A DNA stretch of 64,000 bases from Methanothrix sp. (GTDB lineage: Archaea; Halobacteriota; Methanosarcinia; Methanotrichales; Methanotrichaceae), in NCBI GenBank assembly GCA_040770465.1, contig JAXGJB010000006.1, forward strand, positions 32,822-96,821. Reading direction: 5' to 3'. This document shows, in pieces, positions 48,560 through 58,884 of the stretch (positions are counted from its first letter, which is position 1; each line of letters starts with the position of its first letter). The position numbers were made by a program, and so were the translations under genes. A model generated the notes under the pieces. The model worked only from the letters and a program-made list of their open reading frames with translations, had not been told where the DNA came from and ran no database searches.

Positions 48560-49546
48560 ATGCTGATCATAGCCTGGGAGGTTACGGCGGCCTGTAACCT
48601 CGCCTGCGAGTACTGCCGGGCCTCGGCCTCCGCCTCCCCCGACGAGGCGGAACTTTCGACCGAGGAGGCGCTGGCCTTCATAGACCAGGTCGCCTCTGAG
48701 AGGCCGATGATAATTCTCAGCGGCGGAGAGCCCCTCCTCCGCCCCGACATCTTCACTCTCGCGGAATACGCCAGGGACCGGGGCATTCGGGTCTCCCTCG
48801 CAACAAACGGAACCCTCCTGACACCCGAGATCGTCAGCAAGATGAAACGGGCCGGGATCGCTCGGGTCAGCATAAGCCTCGACGGCCCAACTCCAGAGGT
48901 CCACGACAGATCCCGGGGCCCCGGCTCCTTCGACCTCGCCATGCGGGGGATCGAAAACCTCCGGGGCAAAGTCGACTTTCAGATCAACATGACGATCACA
49001 AAAGAGAACCTCGACGCGGTCGGCGCCACAATGGACCTGGCCGAGGATCTTGGAGCTGTGGCTTTTCACCTCTTCTTCCTGGTGCCGACGGGCCGGGGTA
49101 GCGAAGACGAACTGGTGACTCCTGAAGAGCAGGACGAGATCCTCCGCTGGGTGGCAAAAGATTGCAGTAGGAGGACGATCGAGGTGAAGGTCACCTGCGC
49201 CCCCCAGTACGGTCGGGTGGTGAGGGATGTCCTGACCGAGGCCGAGAGGAAGGGGATGATGGGGAGCGCCTGCCTTGCGGGGACGAGCTTCGTCTTCGTC
49301 TCCCGGACCGGAGACGTCTGCCCCTGCGGCTACCTCCCGGTGGTTGCAGGAAACGTCAGAGAGGAGAGCTTCCCGGAGATCTGGGAGAGCTCGCCGGTAT
49401 TTCAGGATCTTCGGAAGAGGGAGCTATTGGGCAGGTGCGGCAGATGCGACTACCGGAAGGTCTGCGGCGGGTGCAGGGCGAGGGCCTATGCGAAGAGCGG
49501 CGACTACCTCGAATCCGACCCACTCTGCAGCTATTCGGGGGCTTGA
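48560..49546 (+). CDS. ahbD: Radical SAM/SPASM heme biosynthesis protein (AhbD, possibly AhbC)
   Basis: AWEVTAACNLACEYCRA, SPASM CGRC..VCGGCRARA; upstream of ahbA-like gene. Confidence 0.7.
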   Translation: MLIIAWEVTAACNLACEYCRASASASPDEAELSTEEALAFIDQVASERPMIILSGGEPLLRPDIFTLAEYARDRGIRVSLATNGTLLTPEIVSKMKRAGIARVSISLDGPTPEVHDRSRGPGSFDLAMRGIENLRGKVDFQINMTITKENLDAVGATMDLAEDLGAVAFHLFFLVPTGRGSEDELVTPEEQDEILRWVAKDCSRRTIEVKVTCAPQYGRVVRDVLTEAERKGMMGSACLAGTSFVFVSRTGDVCPCGYLPVVAGNVREESFPEIWESSPVFQDLRKRELLGRCGRCDYRKVCGGCRARAYAKSGDYLESDPLCSYSGA

Positions 49547-49550
49547 TCTC

Positions 49551-50114
49551 GTGAAACCGGTGCCGATGGATGAAGTCGCCGTCGAGGGTGGTCCGATCGA
49601 AGATATGTCGATCGAAGACGAGCTGATAGAAGACGAGCCGATCGGCCAGGAGAGGCCCGACCTCGACGACCTGGACAGAAGGCTCCTCGACCTCGTCCAG
49701 AAGGAGTTCCCCCTGACGGGAAGGCCCTTCCTCGCCCTCGGCGAGATCCTTGGGACGAGCGAGGACGAAGTGATCAGAAGGACAAAGAGGCTCCAGGACC
49801 TGGGCATAATAAGGAGGATCGGGCCTATCCTGGACATGAGGCGGCTCGGCTGCTCCGGGGTTCTGGTCGCCCTTCCCGTCCCCGATGGAAGGATCGACGA
49901 GGTGGCCGACGTGGTGAACGGGTACCGTGAGATCTCTCACAACTACCTCCGGCCGAACGACACCGAGTTTAACATGTGGTTTACGATATCGGCGTCAGAG
50001 GCGAGGATCGAAGAGATCCTGGCTGAGATAAGAGAAGAGACCGGCCTTGATCAGCTTCTTCTTCCCACCAAGCGCATATTCAAGATCGGGGTTCGGTTTG
50101 ATATCCCCGAGTGA
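49551..50114 (+). CDS. ahbA: Siroheme decarboxylase subunit alpha (Lrp/AsnC-like)
   Basis: LDDLDRRLL..QKEFPL..RPF, IIRRIGP, SHNYLR, NMWFT; start uncertain. Confidence 0.85.
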   Translation: MKPVPMDEVAVEGGPIEDMSIEDELIEDEPIGQERPDLDDLDRRLLDLVQKEFPLTGRPFLALGEILGTSEDEVIRRTKRLQDLGIIRRIGPILDMRRLGCSGVLVALPVPDGRIDEVADVVNGYREISHNYLRPNDTEFNMWFTISASEARIEEILAEIREETGLDQLLLPTKRIFKIGVRFDIPE

Positions 50115-50295
50115 CGGGGCCGGCAGGCGACCTTGCCCAAAATCGCTCCGACGGCAACAAAGACCACAGACCACTACCTCTTATAAGATCGATGTGATGA
50201 AGGATTTAGCATATATTTTATCCCATTGACCATAATTAACCCCATTATATTCAAATCCCCTCAAAGATCCAAAATCTCGATTTGGAGCGCCAGAA

Positions 50296-51234
50296 ATGAA
50301 AAAACATGAGATAAAGGAAGTAGAGCGTCGGTTCTTAATCGCCATCCTCCTCTCTGGCTCCATCTTGGTGGTGGAGGTGGCCGGGAGCTGGTGGACGGGG
50401 AGCCTGGCATTGCTCTCGGATGCGGCTCATGTATTCCTGGACATCTTCGCCCTCGGGCTGAGCTGGCTTGCCATACGCCTATCGACCCTGCCAGCAGATG
50501 AGCGATACAGCTATGGATTTCATCGATTCGAGGTCGTTGCGTCCCTGGCCAACGGATTGACCCTGGGCCTGGTCTCGCTGGGCATCCTTGCAGAAGCTTA
50601 TGCCAGGCTCCTGGAACCGGTTCCGGTGAAGGGACTGGACCTCTTACTTCTGGCCTCCTTCGGCATGGCCGTGAACCTCATTGCAGCTTTCGTGCTCAAG
50701 GGCGGTCATCACCACGCGGGGCCTCACGCTCCGGAGGATCTCAACGTGAGATCGGCGATGCTCCACTTGATGGGGGATGCCGCCGCCTCTTTCGGAGTTA
50801 TCGTGGCTGCCTTCATCATCTGGAGAACCGGCTGGACTTTGGCCGACCCCATAGCGAGCATTTTCATCAGCCTGATAATCTTCGTCAGCTCTTATCGGCT
50901 GATGAGGGCCTCCTTCCGCATCATGATGGAAGGCGTTCCCAGCTGTCTCCGGCTGGAAGATGTGTCCGAAGCCATCTGCGGCGTTTCCGGAGTCCTCCAG
51001 GTCCATGACCTCCACGTCTGGGGAGTCTGTTCAGCCTCAATAATTCTGAGCGCCCATGTGGTCATCGATGACCAGAGCATCTCTCAGGCTCAGAGGATAA
51101 TAAATGAGATAAAGCGAAAACTTGAGGATCTTTTCGGAATCGAACACATTACCATCCAGCTGGAGGAGAGATCCTGCGGCCAGTGCATGGTGGTCTGTCC
51201 GGCCGAAGAGAGCCCGGCTGAAAGCGAAGTTTGA
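50296..51234 (+). CDS. CDF family divalent metal efflux transporter (CzcD/ZitB-like)
   Basis: SLALLSDAAHVFLD, YSYGFHRFE, HLMGD, VHDLHVW. Confidence 0.92.
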   Translation: MKKHEIKEVERRFLIAILLSGSILVVEVAGSWWTGSLALLSDAAHVFLDIFALGLSWLAIRLSTLPADERYSYGFHRFEVVASLANGLTLGLVSLGILAEAYARLLEPVPVKGLDLLLLASFGMAVNLIAAFVLKGGHHHAGPHAPEDLNVRSAMLHLMGDAAASFGVIVAAFIIWRTGWTLADPIASIFISLIIFVSSYRLMRASFRIMMEGVPSCLRLEDVSEAICGVSGVLQVHDLHVWGVCSASIILSAHVVIDDQSISQAQRIINEIKRKLEDLFGIEHITIQLEERSCGQCMVVCPAEESPAESEV

Positions 51235-51482
51235 TATATGGTCCTCTTATCATCAATGCTCATCCTCAACGATGGTGATCTGGCGAGAGTCCCTCCTCGG
51301 CCGGGGAAGCGATTATGGATCCGCTGATCCTCCAGCAATCTTATCCGCCAGCATATTATGAACCTGGCTGAGGAATGGTTCGAATAATCCATCGAGAAAC
51401 CGATTTTTAGGTGAATGCTAGTATATCAGTTCCAAATTAACTTATCAATACTCCTCGATTATTATCAAACGAAGATCGACCG

Positions 51483-52385
51483 TCACGATACCATCCGCGC
51501 CAGCTCCTCTTCGATATACGGGTCCATCTCCCCGCAGCGGCCGTGAATGGCGCACCCCACTATGTGCATCTCTTTCGGCTCAAGCGCCTTCTCGTAGGTC
51601 CGTCTCGCCGAATCGAGGGGAATTACCGTATCGTTCAGAGAGTGGATCATCACAAACCTTCGTGGCGGGATTCGATCGAGATACGTATCTGGATCGATCG
51701 ATCGCAAGAACCTGACTGTGTCCGGGCCGTTCATCCTCAGCAAGTCGATCTCCTCCCTCTCCACATCGTAACCGCAGGTGCTGATGGCGATCACTCCCCG
51801 AGACCTCTTGTCTAGGGCTGAGGCGATGATGGCAAAGCGGCCGCCGTTGCTCTCACCGAGGTAGACGATGCGGTCCGGGTCGATCCCGGGCTGCATCCTC
51901 AGAACCTCGGCTGCCGCCAGCGCATCGTGAACCATCTTGTACTCGGTCGGCTCCTGGCCGGCGAGAAACTTCTCCAGATCGCCCTGTACGTCGATGCCGC
52001 CGAGGTTCCGCTGGTCGAGGGCCAGGCTTGCGTATCCCAGGCCGGAGAGGAGCTTCGCGACTCCCTGCTCCCGCTCTTTGGTGATGGTAGCGCCGGGAAG
52101 AAGCACCACGCCTGGAACGCCTCCTGATTGCTGAGCCTCTGGCATTCTGAGGAGGCCCGCCACCTCAGCCCCTCGGCTCGAGAAGCTGACTTCACTCAGA
52201 TTCGAGTCTCCTTGTACCTCGGACGAGATCGCCCTGTACTCCGGCGAGGACCTCGAATACTCCAAAATTCCATCATCTGTAACCCGCCATTCTCCTCCCA
52301 TCTCTGAAGAGAGGAAGATGCCCGCGAACAGGGCGACGATGCCGATAACGGCGATTGAAAGTGCGATTTGACGTCTCCTCCCCAT
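51483..52385 (-). CDS. Membrane-anchored alpha/beta hydrolase
   Basis: GESNGG nucleophile elbow, ND..IP, H near C-terminus; N-terminal TM from ATG 52385. Confidence 0.82.
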   Translation of the reverse strand: MGRRRQIALSIAVIGIVALFAGIFLSSEMGGEWRVTDDGILEYSRSSPEYRAISSEVQGDSNLSEVSFSSRGAEVAGLLRMPEAQQSGGVPGVVLLPGATITKEREQGVAKLLSGLGYASLALDQRNLGGIDVQGDLEKFLAGQEPTEYKMVHDALAAAEVLRMQPGIDPDRIVYLGESNGGRFAIIASALDKRSRGVIAISTCGYDVEREEIDLLRMNGPDTVRFLRSIDPDTYLDRIPPRRFVMIHSLNDTVIPLDSARRTYEKALEPKEMHIVGCAIHGRCGEMDPYIEEELARMVS

Positions 52386-52396
52386 AATTCTCCTCC

Positions 52397-53554
52397 CTAA
52401 TACCTGAGCAGCGCCCCCACCCCATCCGACGAGGCGAGGCAGGCGTCCTCCTCGACGAACTCCACCTCCGCCCCCGTCCTCACCGCCAGCTCGTACAGCT
52501 CCTCGACGACGTCGACGGGAGATGCAGGGCCGCCGCAGCTCGGACACGCCGAAGGCGGCCGCTTTCTCGCCCCCAGGGCCTGGCACCTCTCGCAGATCCA
52601 GCCGGGGATCGAGGCGTCCTTCAGAAGGACGAGGACGCTCACTCTCCCAGAATTGAGGGCGTCCCTCGTCGCCTCAACGCCCCGGACCGCAAGGCCGCCC
52701 TTCAGGATCTCGGCTCGCAGCTCCTCGGCCCGATCCATCGACCTCGCCCTCTCGTCCGCGAGAGCGATCTCGTCTCCAACCTCGACGATCTCCTTTCGAG
52801 GGGCGTCGATGGGCAGGTCGACGACGCCGAGGATCTTCTTTCCCATCTCGGCGGGGAGGATATCCAGGAACTCCTTTTTGGCGTCGCCGGGCCCGGCTAT
52901 GACGAGCCCTCTCGTCTTGTGGCGGCTGCACGACTCCTGGACGTCCTCGACCACCTCCGAGAGGAAGGATCTGATCGCCCCTTTCCGGAGCCGGTTGAAC
53001 CTCATCTGGCTCCATCCCCCCTTCCTGTGCTTGTTCATCAGGTCGGTGGAGAGATGATCCATCTCCTCGGGAACATCGGACCGGACGCAGAAGAGCCTCG
53101 CCTCCTTCGAGTCCAGGAGGAGGACTCCGTAGTCCGAATAGTCGTCCCGGAGCTTCGCCAGGGGCAGAAGGAAGGGGGAGGTGTCCAGGACCATCGCCCG
53201 TCCCGGATCGATCCCGATCCTGTAGACATGAAGGAAAGAATGCGGGGGCGAGGCGAAGACGATCCGACCCCTCTCGCCGGAGATGGGGCTTGCGAAGAGG
53301 ACGTCCTCGACCTTCGCCATCGTCTTTCTGAAGCTCTCCTTCTGGTCCTGGGGAAGGGCCGCCTCGATCGCCCTTCTCCTGGCTTCCGCGAAGGATCGAT
53401 TGGCGGCCTCGTCATCTTTTGAGGCTGTCGGGAGGTAGACCGAGAGGTAGACGTCTTTTTCATCAAATATCTCGGCCAGCTCTCGAATATCGATCTCCGT
53501 CACCGGGGTCAGGACCAGCTCCTCGACCCTTTTAATATCCTCCACGGGCTCCAT
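52397..53554 (-). CDS. eRF1/Vms1-like release factor paralog (GGWSQ) with Zn ribbon
   Basis: KHRKGGWSQMRFNR, LVIAGPG, eRF1 domain-3-like C-terminus GVGALLRY, CERC/CPSC. Confidence 0.82.
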   Translation of the reverse strand: MEPVEDIKRVEELVLTPVTEIDIRELAEIFDEKDVYLSVYLPTASKDDEAANRSFAEARRRAIEAALPQDQKESFRKTMAKVEDVLFASPISGERGRIVFASPPHSFLHVYRIGIDPGRAMVLDTSPFLLPLAKLRDDYSDYGVLLLDSKEARLFCVRSDVPEEMDHLSTDLMNKHRKGGWSQMRFNRLRKGAIRSFLSEVVEDVQESCSRHKTRGLVIAGPGDAKKEFLDILPAEMGKKILGVVDLPIDAPRKEIVEVGDEIALADERARSMDRAEELRAEILKGGLAVRGVEATRDALNSGRVSVLVLLKDASIPGWICERCQALGARKRPPSACPSCGGPASPVDVVEELYELAVRTGAEVEFVEEDACLASSDGVGALLRY

Positions 53555-53759
53555 GCCGCCGGGAAGGGTCTTGGAGGTGAAAAGAGTTTCTGAGATATTA
53601 ATTGGTATATTAATAATATCAGCAATATCTATTATTTCGGGGATTGCAGTTGGAAATGTGGTCCCTGAAACCGCAATGAGATACGTGTGCTTTCCATATA
53701 CGAGGGTATTGGAAGTGGTATATTCAGCGGACAAATCGTGCTCATCGCGCTATTCGACA

Positions 53760-54105
53760 GGCGAAATCCAAGCTCCACATCGTCGGTCTGGCCGGGCCAG
53801 AGCCCCGCCGTCGGGGCCTTCTCGATGATCCGATCCGGAACGCCTATGCGCCTCGAAAGAGCCCTCACCTCGTCCTTGTAGAGGGCTGCTATCGGCAGGA
53901 TGTCCGCAGCGGCATCGCCGAACCCCGCCTCGGGCAAGATGAGGGCTACGACCCTCTCCGGCCCCAGGGCCCGGACCGCGAGGAAGGCCGCGGTCGCCGA
54001 GTCGAGGCCGCCGGAGAGCCCGAGGACCGCGCCCCCGGCCCCGGCCGACTCCACCTGGTCGCTTATGAAGTTCACAATGATGGTTTCAAGATCGTCTTTC
54101 GCCAT
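53760..54105 (-). pseudogene. nadE: NH3-dependent NAD+ synthetase remnant
   Basis: GLSGGLDS joined directly to GDAAADILPI..LYKDEV..APTAGLWPGQTDD; middle and C-terminus missing. Confidence 0.85.
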
Positions 54106-54208
54106 CGTCTCTCGGTTTGAACACTCAAATAAAGTACTTTTTTCTGCACAAGCTTTATGTTCGATAAGCTGATGGGGAAGAGCAGCAATTTGACGAGGAA
54201 TAAGGCTT

Positions 54209-54715
54209 ATGCGACTTTCGATGGACTTGGAACTGCAGGACGTACCAGGGCAGCTCTTGCTGTCCCTGGAGCCATTCAAGAAGTACAAGGGGAACATCAT
54301 CAGCGTGGTCCACCACCGAGATCGCAAAACTCCACGGGGCACCGTCCCGGTCCAGATCGTCTTCGAGATCGACCCTTCAAACATCGATAACGTAAAAAAA
54401 CAGCTCCAGGAGAACGGGATCGTGGTGGTGAGGGCGGGCGAAGATCGGTTCATAGAGGAGATATCCGTCCTTCTGATCGGCCACGTGGTCCACACCGATC
54501 TCGGGGACACCATCAACCGGATCGACTCCACCGGCTTTGCGGAGGTTGAGGACCTCTCCCTCAGGATGCCAGGGATCGACGAGCCCTCATCCGCCTACAT
54601 GAGGATCAGGGCCACGGGAAAGGAGGAGATAGCAAAGTCCCTCTCCATCCTCCGCGAGGTTGGTGCCGCGAAAGATCTCCTGGTGATAGAACCTATCGAG
54701 GCTGAGAAGATATGA
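54209..54715 (+). CDS. ACT-domain protein coupled to homoserine dehydrogenase
   Basis: ELQDVPGQL...NIISVVH; overlaps hom start. Confidence 0.85.
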   Translation: MRLSMDLELQDVPGQLLLSLEPFKKYKGNIISVVHHRDRKTPRGTVPVQIVFEIDPSNIDNVKKQLQENGIVVVRAGEDRFIEEISVLLIGHVVHTDLGDTINRIDSTGFAEVEDLSLRMPGIDEPSSAYMRIRATGKEEIAKSLSILREVGAAKDLLVIEPIEAEKI

Positions 54716-55713
54716 GAGAGGTCAGGATATCTCTGGTGGGGTTCGGGATCGTCGGCCACGGCGTTCTTGAGGTGGTGAGGAGGAAGAGGGAGCAATTGAG
54801 GAGGATGGGTCTGGACCTCAAGGTAGTCTCGGTCACCGACATCAAAGGGACCCTCTTCGACGCCGGTGGGATCGACCCTCAGAGGCTCCACGGCGCCAAA
54901 ACCATGGAGGGGATCGCAAACCTCGAGATCATCGGGAAGGAGGCGATCCGGGAGATAGACTCCGATCTGGTGGTGGAGGTGACCCCCACCAACATCGTCC
55001 ACGGCCAGCCCGGCCTCGGCCACATCGAGGAGGCCCTCAACCTCGGAAAGCACGTCGTCACCTCCAACAAGGGACCTCTTGTGGTGGCATTCAACCACCT
55101 TCAGGAGCTGGCCTCGAACAACGGCGTGATGCTCAAGTACGAGGCGACCGTCGGCGGGACGATGCCCCTGATCAGCCTCATCGAGAAGAACCTGGTCGGA
55201 AACGAGATCCTCAGCATCAGGGGCATCTTCAACGGGACCTGCAACTACATCCTGACGCGGATGATGGAGGAGAAGTACACCTACAGCTACGCCCTCACCG
55301 AGGCCCAGGAGCTGGGGATCGCCGAGGCGAACCCCGCCTACGACGTCGACGGGATAGACACCGCCGGCAAAGTCGTGATCCTGGCCAACTCCGTCTTCGG
55401 GATGGACGCGAAGTACGACGACGTCTCCGTCACCGGGATCAGGGACATCACCCCCGAGGCCCTCAACCTCGCCTGGGAGAGGGGCTACCTCATCAAGCTG
55501 ATAGGCGAGGTCCCATCCCTGACGGTTAAGCCGATGCTCGTTCCCCGGAGAAGTCCCCTGGCCGTCGGCGGAACCCTCAACGTCGCTTCCATCGAGACCG
55601 ACCTCTCGGGGACGATAACGGTGACGGGTCTGGGAGCGGGCTCCATCGAGACCGCCAGCGCCATCGTCTCCGACATCGTCAGCATCTACACCTCAAGACA
55701 GATAGACGACTGA
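54712..55713 (+). CDS. hom: Homoserine dehydrogenase
   Basis: GFGIVG, VTSNKGP, YEATVGG, NGTCNYIL, GAGSIETA. Confidence 0.95.
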   Translation: MREVRISLVGFGIVGHGVLEVVRRKREQLRRMGLDLKVVSVTDIKGTLFDAGGIDPQRLHGAKTMEGIANLEIIGKEAIREIDSDLVVEVTPTNIVHGQPGLGHIEEALNLGKHVVTSNKGPLVVAFNHLQELASNNGVMLKYEATVGGTMPLISLIEKNLVGNEILSIRGIFNGTCNYILTRMMEEKYTYSYALTEAQELGIAEANPAYDVDGIDTAGKVVILANSVFGMDAKYDDVSVTGIRDITPEALNLAWERGYLIKLIGEVPSLTVKPMLVPRRSPLAVGGTLNVASIETDLSGTITVTGLGAGSIETASAIVSDIVSIYTSRQIDD

Positions 55714-55723
55714 AGTCCGGATC

Positions 55724-57415
55724 ATGACCAGCTTCGAAAGCTTCTCAGAGCTCTGTCGGAAGATCGAGGGGATCGGAAGCTCTCTGGAGAAGACCGCCCT
55801 CCTCGCCTCTTTCCTCTCGGAGCTCGACGAGGAGGAGCTTCTGGTCGTTCCCTCTTTTGTCATGGGCTCGCCCTTTCCCGCCAGCTCTGAGATGCTCCTG
55901 GGGGTGGGGCCGAGCACCTTATACGATTCCCTCTCCAAGGCTACGGGCTCCTCGCCTGCAAAGATCAAAGAGATCCTCCGACGGACCGGGGATGTAGGAG
56001 CCGTCGCCGCCGAGGTGGTGAGAAAACGAAAGCCATCGACCCTCTCGGCCTTCATCGAGGCCGACACCCTCTCGATCCTGGAGGTCTATTCACGGTTCGT
56101 CGACCTCGCCCGGGCCTCGGGTAAGAGGAGTCAGGCCGTCAAGGCGAAGCACCTTCGGTACCTGTTCGGTGAATCAGGGCCCCTGGAGGCGACATACATA
56201 GCGAGGCTCGCCCTGGAGGATATGAGGATCGGGGTCGGGGAGGGGATCGTCCGGGACGCCATCGCAAAGGCCTTCGGGTCGTCGCCGGATGAGGTGGAGC
56301 GGGGCTACAACTTCACAAACGACCTGGGGCTAGTCGCCCAGCGGGCGAAGGATGGAAGGCTATCGGAGCTGACGATAGAGATAGGCCGGCCCATCAAGAT
56401 GATGCTCGCCCAGCTCGGATCGGGGATACCCGGGTCGATGGCGGAGATGGGGACGGCGGCCGTTGAGTGGAAGTTCGACGGGTCTCGGGTCCAGATCCAC
56501 AAGATTGGGGATGAGGTCGAGATATTCTCCCGGAGGCTCGAGAAGGTGACCAAATCCCTCCCCGAGATCGTGGCTTTTGCAAAAGAGGAGGTTCGGGCCG
56601 AGTCCGCGATCCTCGACGGTGAGGCGGTGGCCCGGGGCGAGGACGGAAGGCCGCTCCCCTTCCAGGAGATTCTGAAGCGGTTTCGGAGAAAGTACAGGGT
56701 AGAGCGGGCCGCTGCGAAGATACCCCTGGAGCTCTGGCTCTTCGATCTCGTCTACCTGAACGGTCGGGTCCTCATCGACGAGCCCCTCCGGGAGAGGAGG
56801 AGGCTCCTTGAGGAGGTAGCGGACAGAGAGATCCTGGCGGCCCAGACGGTGACCGGCGATCCCGACGAGGTGGCCGGGATCTACGAGGAGGCGATCGCTG
56901 CAGGCCATGAGGGCGTCATGCTGAAGAGCCCCGACTCCCCTTACGCTCCGGGAAAGAGGGGGAAGAACTGGCTCAAGATAAAGCCGGTGATGGAGACCCT
57001 CGACCTCGTCGTCATCGGGGCGCGTTGGGGCGAGGGGAGGCGGGCGACCTTCCTCGGCTCGTTTCGGCTCGCCTCCCCGGACCCGGAGACGGGCCGGCTT
57101 GAAGACGTGGGGTGGGTGGCCACCGGGATCACCGACGAGATGCTCGGCGAGCTGACCGACCTCTTTCGAGACCTGATCCTCGTCTCGGGGGAGGGGATGG
57201 AGGTGGAGGTGAGGCCTGAGGTGATATTCGAGGTGGCCTTCGAGGAGATTCAGAAGAGCCCCAATTACTCCTCGGGCTACGCCCTGCGGTTCCCAAGGCT
57301 CGTCCGGGTTAGGGACGACAAATCCGTCGAGGAGGCGGACGCTCTCGATCGGGTGGCAAACCTCTACACCACCCAGAGGGGGAGGAACGGGAGAATCGTC
57401 GGGTTAGATTCCTAA
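55724..57415 (+). CDS. lig: ATP-dependent DNA ligase
   Basis: EWKFDG, LDGE, EGVMLK, WLKIK, LRFPR. Confidence 0.96.
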   Translation: MTSFESFSELCRKIEGIGSSLEKTALLASFLSELDEEELLVVPSFVMGSPFPASSEMLLGVGPSTLYDSLSKATGSSPAKIKEILRRTGDVGAVAAEVVRKRKPSTLSAFIEADTLSILEVYSRFVDLARASGKRSQAVKAKHLRYLFGESGPLEATYIARLALEDMRIGVGEGIVRDAIAKAFGSSPDEVERGYNFTNDLGLVAQRAKDGRLSELTIEIGRPIKMMLAQLGSGIPGSMAEMGTAAVEWKFDGSRVQIHKIGDEVEIFSRRLEKVTKSLPEIVAFAKEEVRAESAILDGEAVARGEDGRPLPFQEILKRFRRKYRVERAAAKIPLELWLFDLVYLNGRVLIDEPLRERRRLLEEVADREILAAQTVTGDPDEVAGIYEEAIAAGHEGVMLKSPDSPYAPGKRGKNWLKIKPVMETLDLVVIGARWGEGRRATFLGSFRLASPDPETGRLEDVGWVATGITDEMLGELTDLFRDLILVSGEGMEVEVRPEVIFEVAFEEIQKSPNYSSGYALRFPRLVRVRDDKSVEEADALDRVANLYTTQRGRNGRIVGLDS

Positions 57416-57429
57416 TAACGTTTCAGGAG

Positions 57430-58731
57430 TTGATCTGCTTGATAATGAAGAAGCTCTCCGAGCTGGATGAGGGTGAGGCGAGAGGCCTCCTCTCGAGGGG
57501 GCTGGACGTCCAGAGCGTCATGGCCACGGTGGTCGAGATCGTAAACGACGTCCAGGAGAGGGGGGACGATGCCCTCCGAGAGCATACTGAGAGGCTAGAC
57601 GGCGTTCGGATCGGAAAGTTCAGGGTCACAGGCGACGAGATCGAGAAGGCGAACGACGAGGTTCCCGAGCAGCTTAAGAAGGCGCTGGAGATCGCCGTCG
57701 AGAACATCGCCGCCTTCCACCACCAGCAGCTCGACCACGACCTCTGGATGACCGAGACATCGCCGGGGGCGATGGCGGGCCAGATGATCGTACCCCTCGA
57801 CTCGGTGGGAGCCTACGTCCCCGGCGGCCGGGCCGCCTACCCCAGCTCCGCCCTCATGACCGTCGTCCCCGCAAAGGTGGCGGGCGTCGATAGGGTCGCA
57901 GTCTGCACGCCTCCTGGAAAAGACGGGCTTGTGAACCCCTTGACCCTGGTGGCGGCGGAGATGGCGGGAGCCGACGAGATCTACCGGGTCGGCGGAGTCC
58001 AGGCGGTGGCGGCGATGGCTTTTGGGACCGAGACTATATCCCCTGTCCAGAAGATCGTTGGTCCGGGAAACGCATACGTCACGGCCGCAAAGCTGCTTTT
58101 GCGGAGCACCGTCGAGATCGACATGCCGGCGGGCCCGAGCGAAGTATTGATCATCGCCGACTATACGGCGGAGCCCGAGGTTCTGGCATCGGACATGATC
58201 GCCCAGGCGGAGCACGACCCCCAGTCGATATCCGTCCTGGTCACCAACGACGAGGATCTGGCCATCGCCACAAAGGCTGAGGTGGAGAAGCAGGCAAAAG
58301 AGGCGGCCCGACGGGAGATCGTAAAGAAGAGCCTGAATGGGGCTGCAATCCTGACGGCCGCAACGATGGAGGATGCCGTCAGTTTCTCAAACAGCTTCGC
58401 CCCCGAGCACCTGGAGATCGTCGTTCGAGATCCTATGGCCGTCCTCGGCAAGATCAAGAACGCGGGAAGCGTATTTCTCGGTCCGTACACCCCCGTCGCC
58501 GCCGGAGATTATGCCTCTGGCACAAACCACGTCCTTCCCACCTCGGGGTATGCGAGGGTCTTCTCCGGCCTCAACGTCGACAGCTTCGTAAAGAAGATCA
58601 CAGTGCAACAGATCTCAAAGGACGGGCTCAAGCTTCTATCCGACGCCATAACCATCCTCGCCGAGGCCGAGGGGCTATCGGCCCACGCCGAGTCGGTGAG
58701 AAAGAGGCTCGTCGAGAAGAAGCAGAACTGA
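57430..58731 (+). CDS. hisD: Histidinol dehydrogenase
   Basis: [42 protein letters not shown]; start may be 57445. Confidence 0.95.
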   Translation: MICLIMKKLSELDEGEARGLLSRGLDVQSVMATVVEIVNDVQERGDDALREHTERLDGVRIGKFRVTGDEIEKANDEVPEQLKKALEIAVENIAAFHHQQLDHDLWMTETSPGAMAGQMIVPLDSVGAYVPGGRAAYPSSALMTVVPAKVAGVDRVAVCTPPGKDGLVNPLTLVAAEMAGADEIYRVGGVQAVAAMAFGTETISPVQKIVGPGNAYVTAAKLLLRSTVEIDMPAGPSEVLIIADYTAEPEVLASDMIAQAEHDPQSISVLVTNDEDLAIATKAEVEKQAKEAARREIVKKSLNGAAILTAATMEDAVSFSNSFAPEHLEIVVRDPMAVLGKIKNAGSVFLGPYTPVAAGDYASGTNHVLPTSGYARVFSGLNVDSFVKKITVQQISKDGLKLLSDAITILAEAEGLSAHAESVRKRLVEKKQN

Positions 58732-58819
58732 GCCTCGGATCTCGATGATCAGAGGAGCTTTCGCGCCAGGGTGACCGGCTCCGCCGAGAGAGGGGCCGGA
58801 TCAGCCTGGTGAGGGGAGA

Positions 58820-58864
58820 GGGGGGGGAGCTGCAGAAGGTTGCAGCTCTTCTTCACGCTTTTTT
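58820..58864 (+). terminator. Hairpin plus T-tract between convergent hisD and ALDC-like genes
   Basis: GAGCTGCA-GAAGGT-TGCAGCTC followed by TTTTTT. Confidence 0.5.
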
Positions 58865-58884
58865 ATCATCGTTTCCGTACAGCT

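Noticed and set aside
52397-54531. ORF-track extents 52397-53734, 53632-54531, 51483-52586, 49275-50114, 61554-62663 and 15227-16780
   Set aside because: Starts are over-extended into neighbouring genes; re-called at downstream starts supported by motifs or RBS
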